Shown one piece after another: positions 30,572 to 39,782 of a stretch of DNA of 64,000 nucleotides. The stretch comes from an uncultured Acidobacteriota bacterium (lineage in GTDB: Bacteria; Acidobacteriota; Terriglobia; UBA7540), in the NCBI GenBank assembly GCA_963804995.1, contig CAWDSK010000002.1, positions 576,001-640,000 of the forward strand, written 5' to 3'. The translations under genes were made by a program, and so were the position numbers. Under the pieces are notes generated by a model that did no database searches, was not told the DNA's origin, and was given only the letters and a program-made list of their open reading frames with translations. Each line of letters starts with the position of its first letter. Within the stretch, counting starts at the first letter, position 1.

Positions 30572-30683
30572 AAATCCTCCTTGGGGGGAACGTCATCAAA
30601 CTAGCATGGCCCGACGTTAACAGCAAGCGGCGGAGTATGAAGTTTCCGTAAATTTCTCTCGTACGGGAAACTGCGCTTCACAC

Positions 30684-32153
30684 TCACAGTTCAACGCTCC
30701 CTGGCGCAGCCAATTTCGCCTCCGCGGCATCGATAACCAATACCCAATCGTTCGAATCGGGCGGCGTGAAGTCGTGGCCCCCTACATTCGCATAAGTCCC
30801 GATCAGTGCTGTTGAGCCGTCACGGGGGTTGAACCACCAGCAATTCGCTTGACGGCTGACGCTCGTGATCTTGCTCATGTCCACACTCAAGGTTGTACTA
30901 TTCCCGTTCGGGATATACGAGATGATGGTCTGACCGTCACCGGTTCGGGCGGTTGTAGTCAGCGTCGAGCCTGAACCGTAGCCCGCCGTGACCACCGTGT
31001 GCCCAAGGTCCGGCGCCAGCTTCCAGTGCTCACGCGACCGGAAAAGCTTCCCGAACCATGACTGCCCCACCGACCCCGGCGAACCCAACTGGCTTTGCCA
31101 CGTACTCCCATTCTGGCAAGGCACCGCGGAAGCCGGGTTGGTCTCGTTGAAGCACCAGATTGGATTGTTGCCGAAAAAGCTTCCCAGATAGGCGCCGCTG
31201 AGAACACTCCAATATTGCCGCGTCCGCAGGCTGAGCGGAGTGCTCCCATGCTCACCCTCGTACTCATCTTCACCCTGGAAGAACGGCAGAAAATCGGGGC
31301 GCGTGAATTCCGAGTTGAGCTTGCTGACGCTCGCAGCGCCATACAAATCGCTGATATTGAGCCAGGGGTACCCCGACCACACATCCAGAGAGGATTGCTG
31401 GCCGGCGTTGTCGGCCGTCATCAGATGGATGGAATCGGCAGACTTGATCCCCGTCGCCACGGCGTCGAGCTTCCCCATAAGAGGAGGAAAGCAAGTGCGT
31501 GGATCAGCATCACAGCCCAGAACATAGATGATGTTCGGAAAAGCCTTGTATCGATTGCCAACATAGACGCCCCATGCCCTCATGACGGCATCGGAGGCAC
31601 TTGCCATGTCGGTCCCCCAACCTTCGTTTTTGATATTGCATTGGCCAGTTTCGTAACCCAGGTATGCAGGAAACAGAAACACCGTGATCCCGTGCGCGGC
31701 GGCGTGCCTTATTACATCATCGGCATGCGCGAAATAGGCTTCGTTGGGAGTGGAAAAAGTAGCTCCGATAAACGGCGCGTCCCCAGAGAAATCCGCCGGA
31801 GCGTGATCGGCGTACTGATGCTCGATCAAATTCACGATGATGGCGTTGAACCCTCGCGCGCTTCGATCCGCAAGATAGATTTCAACACCTGCATCGGAGG
31901 GTTGAGCGATCAAGGACCATGCCGCCTCCCCCGTGATGAATACTGGCTTGTTCGTAAGGGTGTTTATTAAGTGAGTTCTGTCCGGACTGAGTGCCATGAA
32001 CTGGCCCGGTCCCGTCCCCGGCGCGCTGCTCGGCTTCCTGTGGATCTTGGCATGAGCCAGACTCCAAGGGGCGAGCGCCAACCCGATCAGGCAAACCCCC
32101 ACTGCGACGGCAAACACCTTAAACTGGCCAAAAGTCGAAGCACGCTTAACCAT
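30684..32153 (-). CDS. DUF4038/GH140-like glycoside hydrolase with C-terminal putative collagen-binding domain
   Basis: KPVFITGEAAWSL, YLADRSARGFN, PNEAYFAHAD, WWFNPRDG...DWVLVID; signal peptide. Confidence 0.75.
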   Translation of the reverse strand: MVKRASTFGQFKVFAVAVGVCLIGLALAPWSLAHAKIHRKPSSAPGTGPGQFMALSPDRTHLINTLTNKPVFITGEAAWSLIAQPSDAGVEIYLADRSARGFNAIIVNLIEHQYADHAPADFSGDAPFIGATFSTPNEAYFAHADDVIRHAAAHGITVFLFPAYLGYETGQCNIKNEGWGTDMASASDAVMRAWGVYVGNRYKAFPNIIYVLGCDADPRTCFPPLMGKLDAVATGIKSADSIHLMTADNAGQQSSLDVWSGYPWLNISDLYGAASVSKLNSEFTRPDFLPFFQGEDEYEGEHGSTPLSLRTRQYWSVLSGAYLGSFFGNNPIWCFNETNPASAVPCQNGSTWQSQLGSPGSVGQSWFGKLFRSREHWKLAPDLGHTVVTAGYGSGSTLTTTARTGDGQTIISYIPNGNSTTLSVDMSKITSVSRQANCWWFNPRDGSTALIGTYANVGGHDFTPPDSNDWVLVIDAAEAKLAAPGSVEL

Positions 32154-32195
32154 CTGAGCTCCCCTTGAATCCTGCGACCGGCCATCGCCCATGTG

Positions 32196-32354
32196 GAAAC
32201 CCTCTCCATCCATTGTTGGGTTCCGGGCCCTCTGATTCATCCACTCTTCCTCGGGATAAGGTGTCATTTCCGCCAGACACACCCGGCTAGTCGCCAGATG
32301 AATGAAAAAGAGCACGGAATAAGTAACCCAGCCTTTGACCGAAAGGACTGCCAC
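32196..32354 (-). pseudogene. Integrase-core (rve) transposase fragment
   Basis: VKGWVTYSVLFFIHLATSRVCLAEMTPYPEEEWMNQRARN matches the rve-type pattern YVLFFIHLxSRRV...WMxQxARN. Confidence 0.55.
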
Positions 32355-32445
32355 CTCCCAGTCCCCGCGGAATCATGGAATAGCGATTGTAGGTTCTATG
32401 GGAGTTTTGGAGAAGGCACGGGAGAAATATTGATGACCGACGTTG

Positions 32446-32532
32446 TGGTGCCGAAGAGAGGACTCGAACCTCCACTCCCTGACGGGAACTACACCCTGAA
32501 TGTAGCGCGTCTGCCAATTCCGCCACTTCGGC
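32446..32532 (-). tRNA. tRNA-Leu(CAG)
   Basis: GCCGAAGTGGCGGAATTGGCAGACGCG-CTACA TTCAGGG TGTAG, long variable arm, GGTTCGAGTCC...CCA. Confidence 0.96.
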
Positions 32533-32907
32533 ACGTGCGATTTCAGTCTACAGCAACCGGCCGGAGGCTTACAGAGTTCAGGGGCACGCCAGCCGCGACT
32601 TTTCATCTTGCCATTCGCACCCCCGCCTGTCAAGGACGGGCAGAAACAGGTGCTCTCCTAATTTCAAACGTAGCGCCGGCTTCCAGCCGGCATTGAGCCC
32701 CGATGAATCGGGGCGCTACGTTCAAATTAGTCGGTCACCCAAAAACAGAGGCGGCGGCTTTCATCCCGAACTGATCAGGACGCCGGCATATGGCGAGGTA
32801 AACTCGCCGCTACGTCATCCCGCGATTTCTTCCCTGGGAACTGAGTTCTGAGACGGCCTCCCTCGGAGAAGGCTAGGAATTCAAATCCCCGTGGTGAGGA
32901 GACCGGC

Positions 32908-33930
32908 TTACGCGACCGCCACGGGCAAACCCGTCTGCGCGGATTGTTCCGCCGCGGCCAGCACCCGGGCTGCGGCGAGGCCGTCCTCTCCGGTTACCAT
33001 AGGAGCCTGGTCGTTCACGACGCAATCCACAAAATGCTGGATGGCTGCCACTGCGAATCCCACCGGTTTGCCATAAAGGTCCGCCGCCGCGGAAACGTCA
33101 GGGAACTCCACGCCCTTGTCGCTGTAAACCTCGGCCATGCGGTGATGGCTGGCGTTGACGTATGCCGTCCCCTTGCTGCACACGATTTCACTTTGAAAAT
33201 CGAAAACGCTGGGGCCGTGCTCATCAAGTATCCAGCAATTTTCCACCACCGCCGTCGCGCCCGTGGAGAGTTCCAGGATGGACTGGTAAAAGTCCGGCGT
33301 GTCGACCCCCATACCCTTCAGCACTACCGACCGGCTCACCGAATAGACGCGGTTGATGGTGGCCCCCGAAAGGAAGCGGATGAGGTCAACCACATGACAC
33401 CCCAGGAAGTGCAGGGGTGACGACTTGGCGGCCCAGCTCAACATTTGCGTGGGAACAAACCGCGTGTCGTTCAGCCGGATGTTCATCATCATCAGGGAGC
33501 CGAGTTGCCCCGCCGCAAGCGCCCGGCGGAGATTGACGAACGGCAGGCTCCAACGGTTGTGAAAATCCACCATCAGCTTGACGCCCTGCTGCTTCTGGGC
33601 CGCCAGGATTTCTTCGCACTCCCCGACCGTGGTGGCGAGCGGCTTTTCCACCAGGACGTGCTTCCCGGCCCGAATGGCCGCGAGCGCAATCTCTCCGTGG
33701 GCAAAATCCGGCGTGGCAATGCCCACCGCCTGAATATCCGGGTGGGCAATGAGCGCGCGCCAGTCCGCTAAGTGGTTACTGATTCCAAATTCCCCAGCGA
33801 GCGCCGCCGCCCGGCCCGCGTCCTGGTCACAGACCGCCACTAAACGCGCCGCCGTCGAAGCCGTGTAGGCGCGAGCATGAATGCGCCCCCAGTTGCCACA
33901 ACCGATCAAACCAAAACCAACCTTGCTCAT
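32908..33930 (-). CDS. Gfo/Idh/MocA family oxidoreductase
   Basis: GLIGCGNWG, ATPDFAH, GKHVLVEKPLA, HVVDL. Confidence 0.9.
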   Translation of the reverse strand: MSKVGFGLIGCGNWGRIHARAYTASTAARLVAVCDQDAGRAAALAGEFGISNHLADWRALIAHPDIQAVGIATPDFAHGEIALAAIRAGKHVLVEKPLATTVGECEEILAAQKQQGVKLMVDFHNRWSLPFVNLRRALAAGQLGSLMMMNIRLNDTRFVPTQMLSWAAKSSPLHFLGCHVVDLIRFLSGATINRVYSVSRSVVLKGMGVDTPDFYQSILELSTGATAVVENCWILDEHGPSVFDFQSEIVCSKGTAYVNASHHRMAEVYSDKGVEFPDVSAAADLYGKPVGFAVAAIQHFVDCVVNDQAPMVTGEDGLAAARVLAAAEQSAQTGLPVAVA

Positions 33931-33959
33931 AAGTGCTCCTCCCCTGGAATCCAAAGTGA

Positions 33960-36005
33960 CTATTTTATGAATTCGTCGAAGTAAATCTTTTCCAGTTCCT
34001 CCTTATAGGCTGGGGCGCTGCCGAAGATGGCATAGCGATACTCAAAGGGCGCACCGAGCGGCACGACCTCATCCATCCAATCCGTGGGGTCAACCCACAT
34101 GAGCGGCCGGCTTCCCAGTGCCTTGATCAAATCCTCAGTATCCCAATGCAGCACAAAGCCCGGAATCACGGCACTGAATAGATCAGTGTCCATGGGCCTT
34201 TCGAGAGCGGCCCGCAAGCTGTGCGGGGTTCGGTCCAGCCAGATCTTGCTGATGCGGTTATCCACCGCAGCCGCCAGAAGAAGCCAGAAGCCCTTTACGC
34301 CCTTGGCCGCGGCGCGAATCGATGCGGGGTTGACATCACTCCGCGCCACAAGGACATCCACTCCGCGCAGAATGTCGTGGGCGCGCATGGCGGCCAGGCT
34401 GCGCCCGATCTGGTCAGCCCGCCAATTGGTGTACCAATTCCCAATGTACACGCGGTTGGCATCAAACTCTCGCGGTGAGTCGCGGGGCGCCAGTTCCAGC
34501 ACGACCCTTCCTTCCTTCGCGAGCTTTTGTGCGAGCAACGAGGTTGAGTCATCCGCCACCAGAAGGACCGCCGGCTTCTTCCCGGGTGAATGGGGAATGT
34601 ACAACGTTCCGCCAATTTCGACCCCCGGCTCGCTTTCGAACTGGATGCGCTGGCGATGGCCCTCCGGCGCCTCCGCGTCGTCCAACACTTTCACTTCCGG
34701 AGCGGGACCTTCCGTGGGGATTTCCAGTCTCCGCAGCTCCGCCAACATTTCGGGCACGGTTCCGGGCCGCCTCCGGGCATGATAATCGTCCAAGATCAGT
34801 TGATACACCTTGCGGCTGCCCGGCAGGTCTTCCACACGGCCCGTGCGCGTCACTCGCAGATCAAAGTTGGTGTAAACATGAATCGGTTGCTCATGGAAAT
34901 CGCCCTGGCCGTTTTTCAGCCAGCGGATCATCCACTTGTAGACGGCTTCCCGGTTTTCCAATGGAGTCCCATGCGGGCCGTGGCCCACGAAAAGGTCTAC
35001 CTTATCCTCAGCGCCGTAGAGCGCGAACCAACGCCGGGCCTCGTCGAACACCAGCTTTGCCCCCGCCGCCGGGAAATAATCACCATCGGTCTCCATGATG
35101 AGCCAGGGTGTGGGGGCGGACATCTCCATGAAATCGGCGGTGTCCAGACCACTCGCTATCGATTGCGGGAAACTCATTTCCGCGTCAGGGCCGCCATGCA
35201 CCACATACAGCAATCGGTAGGAACTGGGAAAGCAGGCGGGAATAGCCGCTTTGATTCGCGGGTCCATGCCCCCGATAAACGTCGTCAAAGCACCGCCACC
35301 TGAGCAGCCCATCGCCCCAATACGCGTGGGATCAACGTCCGCCCGAGTGTCCAGGTAGTCGAGCGCCCGCATCGCGTCCCAAATGAAGTATCGAGCCAAA
35401 GCCTCACCAACCAGAATGCTCTGGGCGCCCGTGTGGGAGTGCTCATTCACGGACCAGCCCGCCGCCGGCCGGCTGGTGAGCCGGTCATACGTCTGCTCCC
35501 GCTCCCCTTGACCAATGGGATCGAAGGCCAGCGCGACGAATCCTTTCAAAGCCAGGTTGGCGGCAATTTTCTCTTCCGCAGGCTTGCCCTCCTGCACGTG
35601 GCCCGCCTGCAAAAGCACCGCGGGATATCGGCCCGGCTGGTTCGGGCGGTAAAGATTGGCGGTGACGTAGAAGTGCGGCAGGCTTTCAAAAATTATCTTC
35701 TCGATGACGTAGCTATCCGCCTGGATTTGACCGGTGACCTTGGCGTTCAACGGACCTTTGTAGGTTGGCAATCCGCCCAGAAGCTGGAGGAGTTTCTCGC
35801 GAACCTCTTTCTTGCGGCGCTCCGCGTCGGCCACAGTTTTGATTGCCGCAATCTTGTCCTCCCTCTCCTGAAGTTGCCGCTGCGCGGTCTGGTCCATCCA
35901 CTGCAGAAGGGAATCTTGAGTGCGCTGTTGGGCGGCAAGCCAGGAAGGCATGAGAAGCGTGGCGCCTAGCAGGACAAGCAGGAGCGTTCTAGCTTTCAGT
36001 TTCAT
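33960..36005 (-). CDS. Secreted alpha/beta hydrolase (acetylxylan esterase-like), paralog of 27013-29262
   Basis: Signal peptide; IEKIIFES, DPIGQGER, RALDYL, GCSGGG. Confidence 0.85.
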   Translation of the reverse strand: MKLKARTLLLVLLGATLLMPSWLAAQQRTQDSLLQWMDQTAQRQLQEREDKIAAIKTVADAERRKKEVREKLLQLLGGLPTYKGPLNAKVTGQIQADSYVIEKIIFESLPHFYVTANLYRPNQPGRYPAVLLQAGHVQEGKPAEEKIAANLALKGFVALAFDPIGQGEREQTYDRLTSRPAAGWSVNEHSHTGAQSILVGEALARYFIWDAMRALDYLDTRADVDPTRIGAMGCSGGGALTTFIGGMDPRIKAAIPACFPSSYRLLYVVHGGPDAEMSFPQSIASGLDTADFMEMSAPTPWLIMETDGDYFPAAGAKLVFDEARRWFALYGAEDKVDLFVGHGPHGTPLENREAVYKWMIRWLKNGQGDFHEQPIHVYTNFDLRVTRTGRVEDLPGSRKVYQLILDDYHARRRPGTVPEMLAELRRLEIPTEGPAPEVKVLDDAEAPEGHRQRIQFESEPGVEIGGTLYIPHSPGKKPAVLLVADDSTSLLAQKLAKEGRVVLELAPRDSPREFDANRVYIGNWYTNWRADQIGRSLAAMRAHDILRGVDVLVARSDVNPASIRAAAKGVKGFWLLLAAAVDNRISKIWLDRTPHSLRAALERPMDTDLFSAVIPGFVLHWDTEDLIKALGSRPLMWVDPTDWMDEVVPLGAPFEYRYAIFGSAPAYKEELEKIYFDEFIK

Positions 36006-36400
36006 GGTATTACCCATCGCAGGGAGCTTCGATTTTCTGAAAACCTCGTCCCACCAACGCGTGGGGAAGTGGGACCTGGAGCGCTATGCCCCGCGGAAGC
36101 GCAACAAGTGGGACACGCAGCGGCATTTTGGCCGTCACCTTCTCAGGGTCTTGGCGGAGGCTCATTTCCGACCTTTCGGCCGGCACGACTATACACCTTC
36201 TTGTGCTTACCTGAACTAGGTGCGTGCAGTTTTTCACGCAGGGAAGGTTTCCGTAGCCCTGGCCGGCTCGGCTGGAAATTGCGAAGATTTGGAGTGGCCA
36301 TGCGTCGAATGGCAGAAAGGATTTCGATGCAGACTTTGCACGCGCCCCTTTTCGATCCAGGGCGCAACACTTGGAAAGTGGATTGAAGTTCTCGAACCTC

Positions 36401-36982
36401 TCAGGAATCTTCTGACCCCGCTTGCCATTTTTCGAAGGCGGTTTGCATTTCAGGTTCGGGATCGATGCCGAGCGCGTCAGCGATGCGATTGATGTAATTG
36501 AAATAGGCGATGACTTCAACCGCGTCGAGGATATCGCGGTCGCTCAAACCGTGGAGGCGCAGGGTCTCGAGATGACGATCGGTGAGAGCCGCGGGAGCGC
36601 GCGTCGCCATCTCCGCAAATTTGCACAGAGCCTTCTGGCGTGGCGTAAGCTGGGCGCGACGATAGTCGTGCTTGACGTGCTCCGCCAGAACCTGGTCATT
36701 CGATTCGGCACGGAGATCCTCTCCGTGGGCTTCGATTCAATAGAAGCAGTGATTGGCCCAGGAAACCACGGTGCCCAGCATTTCGCGTTCGGTGCGCGAG
36801 AGGCCCGAAGGCGCAAGCATGGTGGCGCGATACATTTGCATAGACGCCCGCAACACGCCCGGATTCAGACTCTGCACCTTGAGGATGTTGAAGACCTTGC
36901 CGGCCCGCTTGAGGGCGGCGTCATATTCCTGCTTCAACTCGCCGGTGGCATCTGCGGGTTCGACCACTTTGATCCAAGGCAT
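36401..36982 (-). CDS. AhpD/CMD-like peroxidase-related selenoprotein (C-F-Y-U; in-frame TGA at 36737-36739)
   Basis: One frame reads ...LSRTEREMLGTVVSWANHCFY-TGA-IEAHGEDLR...DILDAVEVIAYFNYINRIADALG; TGA sits at the second Cys of the CxxCxxxH motif. Confidence 0.85.
36709..36727 (-). promoter_or_regulatory. Candidate bacterial SECIS hairpin
   Basis: CACGGAG-AGGAT-CTCCGTG stem-loop beginning 10 nt after the UGA. Confidence 0.6.
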
Positions 36983-37014
36983 AGCGTTATCGCCTCAACA
37001 TGGTCTTGACCGTT

Positions 37015-37101
37015 GTAGCGCCGCCCTTTAGGGCGGCACATGTAGAAACTCCAGGCGCCGCCCTTTAGGGCGGCAAGTACCGGGCTAAAGCCCGGCGTTA
37101 C
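37015..37101. repeat. GTAG-type REP cluster
   Basis: gcgccgccctttagggcggca twice plus ccgggctaaagcccgg. Confidence 0.65.
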
Positions 37102-37115
37102 CACTGTTGCTGCAC

Positions 37116-38507
37116 TCACGACTCAGTGAAATCAATCACGACCGGCTTCTCGCGGAACCAGTTCGTCTTAAAGCCCAGGTAGATGAGTCCGATTGTGAAC
37201 CAGACTCCGCCCACGATTTTTGCCACGATATTCAGGTTGAGCCAGATCCAGCCGCAAAACACAAAGCCGAAGAGCGGAAGAATGATATCTCCGAGGGGGC
37301 TGATTTTGCGGCCGGTGGCGCGCTTGACGCCGAACTGCCAGAAGGTGGCAAAATTAACTCCCATGAAGGCGATGAAAGCGCCGAAGTTCAGTAACTCCGC
37401 GGCGTTCTCATAGCCATGTCCGTTCATGGAAATGCCGATTCCGCCGGCGAGAGCGAGGATGGAAACGATCCAGATATTGTAATTGGGCGTGTTGCGTTTC
37501 GGATGGAGGTGCCCGAAGATTTTCCGGGGCAGAACATTGTCGCGCCCCATGCCGAAAAGCAAGCGCGCGGCCCCCAAGCCTCCGGTAAGCGCGCTGCCTG
37601 TCCCAGCGAGAATCGTCACCGCAGTCATGCTGAGAAACAGCCAGCGCCCCCCGACTCGCATGCAGACATCCATAAACGCGCCGGTAATGTTTTCAAAATG
37701 ATAGCCCGGCCACACCCGTTGCCCCAAGTAGACCTCAACGCTGCTGAAAATACCGGTAAACAAGCAGACCAGAACCGTGGCCAGGAGCACATTCCGCTTG
37801 GGATTCACCACATCCTCGGCCAGGGTCGTGACGCCGTCAAATCCGATGTAGGTGAGCGCGGCCAGCGGCACGGCGGCGCGGATGATCCGGTAGTCAAAGG
37901 TTTGGGGATCGTAAAAGGGCAGCGTGGAAAAAAGGCCATCCCAACCATCCAGGTGGAAAAGGTAGCGGATGGCCAGGAGCACAAATGCCGCGATGACCAC
38001 CGACATGAAGAGAAGAAGCAACTTGTTGGCCAGGGCGCTGGCGCGGATTCCGCGCAAATTCAGTATGGTCACAATCCCTATAAACAGCAGCATCATCGCG
38101 TAGGTTGGAATCCAGTGCACCCAGCCGTGGATGGTTTCCGCCACCCACACGGCGTTGAGCAGGGGTTGCAGCAGATAATCAAGAATCATCGCCCACCCGA
38201 CCAGGAATCCCAGGTGGAGATTGATGCCGCGACCCACATAGGTGTATGCCGATCCGGCCGAGGGATACAGAGCCGCCATGCGCCCGTAACTGAACGCGGT
38301 GATCATCATGGCGAACATCGCAATCAGGATGGTGTCTACAATGTAGCCGTGGGATTTTTCCTGGACAACGCCGAAGAGCGGAACGGGCGCGATCGGCTGG
38401 ATCAGGATGATGCCGTAGAAAATCAGATCCCACAGAGTCAGTACGCGGCGCAAGCGCGGCGCTGCCGCCGATCCATTCGCCTGCCCGGAAGGTTTTGCGT
38501 CGCCCAT
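37116..38507 (-). CDS. APC family amino acid/polyamine permease (PuuP-like)
   Basis: LRRVLTLWDL, PSAGSAYTY, YIGFDGVTTLAED, ARLLFGMGRDNVLP. Confidence 0.88.
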   Translation of the reverse strand: MGDAKPSGQANGSAAAPRLRRVLTLWDLIFYGIILIQPIAPVPLFGVVQEKSHGYIVDTILIAMFAMMITAFSYGRMAALYPSAGSAYTYVGRGINLHLGFLVGWAMILDYLLQPLLNAVWVAETIHGWVHWIPTYAMMLLFIGIVTILNLRGIRASALANKLLLLFMSVVIAAFVLLAIRYLFHLDGWDGLFSTLPFYDPQTFDYRIIRAAVPLAALTYIGFDGVTTLAEDVVNPKRNVLLATVLVCLFTGIFSSVEVYLGQRVWPGYHFENITGAFMDVCMRVGGRWLFLSMTAVTILAGTGSALTGGLGAARLLFGMGRDNVLPRKIFGHLHPKRNTPNYNIWIVSILALAGGIGISMNGHGYENAAELLNFGAFIAFMGVNFATFWQFGVKRATGRKISPLGDIILPLFGFVFCGWIWLNLNIVAKIVGGVWFTIGLIYLGFKTNWFREKPVVIDFTES

Positions 38508-38611
38508 AATGATAGTTGTCCTCTCGTTCGCCCCGAGCCAGCCGGAAGCTTCTCTGAAAAGCCAGCCAGTATCTCACGAGTGGGTTGGATGGTAAACGCG
38601 AATCTCCGTTC

Positions 38612-38721
38612 GGTAACGGTTCAGTTTGATGTAGAGGCGGCGGCATTCATCCCGATCTTATCGGGACGCCGCCATATGGCGAGGTGAACTCGCCGCTACA
38701 AGATCAAACTGAACCACTACC
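38612..38721. mobile_element. MITE carrying a REP, with perfect 8-bp target duplication
   Basis: ggtaacggttcagtttga / tcaaactgaaccactacc, flanked by CTCCGTTC at 38604-38611 and 38722-38729. Confidence 0.75.
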
Positions 38722-39530
38722 CTCCGTTCGGGAGTAGATCCATTCGGGAAACCAGAGCCGTGGGAGGATGGTTTCGGAGTGCGCCGTCGCTCGCCCATAG
38801 CTTCGGATTGCCCCTAAGGCAAAGCCCATAAACAAAAGGCGACAAGGCGGAGCAATTTCCCAGAACCCCGTTTGGACTCTCCCGCTGTCCGACCGCTTTC
38901 TCGTCGGCGCGCTTCCGATACAGCACTAACGTTTCGAGAGATGTGAACGGGACGGGCCATTTTTCCGGTTTGGCGACTATACATCCAAGTGACGAGAACG
39001 ATTTTGATTTTTCCCACTGTCATGGCAGAGCGTTTTTCGCTCCCAATCCTGTGAACTACCCACTCGGCAAAGTTTTCGGGCCCACCGGACACAATCGCCG
39101 AAGGTGACTGGATAAACTATATGTACAGTTTGCCAACCACCCAGCCAATTCGTCCACGCGATTGACGTTGCGCCGGCTCCTTACCTCTATGGTCCCGGAA
39201 CATCCCGGCGCGTCCCGCTCTAGTCCTCGGTTACGGCGGCTCGAACCGGGCAAAATGAGTGCCTCGGAGGCAGGATGGCTTCGTTAACAGCGCGGTACCC
39301 ACTCCGAGTAAAATCCCGCATGGTTGATCAGGGAAAAGCCCCATTGCGCACAACTTGGAGGATACATAGGTTCGGAACAAGCTGCTCTCCCTTACAGGGA
39401 CCCGACGGATTGTCTGGTCAGGGAAAGGGAAATGTATAAACCATCAACACAGGGCGCTAATTGTGACCCGGACCGGGCGGCTTTCCGCACAGAGACCGCC
39501 GCTCTCGATGCCCATTGGGGCGTATGCTCT

Positions 39531-39546
39531 TGGCACGTCGTGTGCA
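39531..39546 (+). promoter_or_regulatory. Candidate sigma54 -24/-12 promoter
   Basis: TGGCACGTCGTGTGCA fits TGGCACG-N4-(T)TGCW with GG-N10-GC spacing. Confidence 0.5.
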
Positions 39547-39782
39547 GTTTCACCATAGCGGTTGCTGAATTATGCAACTCCTCAGAGAGCGTGAGCCTCA
39601 TGTGGGAGTACGTTCATCGCGTTGCAGCCAGACTTGCTGTCCCCTCGACGGAAATCTCACAAAGAAAAACGCGACGTTTAGAAGCTTGCGGAACCTCAGA
39701 GGTGTTACTCCACGAAGCGACGGGAAGAGGGCGGATAAAACCCACCCCGGTGCCTATTCGCGGCCTCACTAAGGAGCGCACC

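Noticed and set aside
36010..36400. Small gene between the selenoprotein and the esterase
   Set aside because: No recognisable protein features; likely promoter or leader DNA
39324..39782. 153-aa N-terminal extension of the cytochrome in the ORF track
   Set aside because: RBS and signal peptide point to ATG 39783
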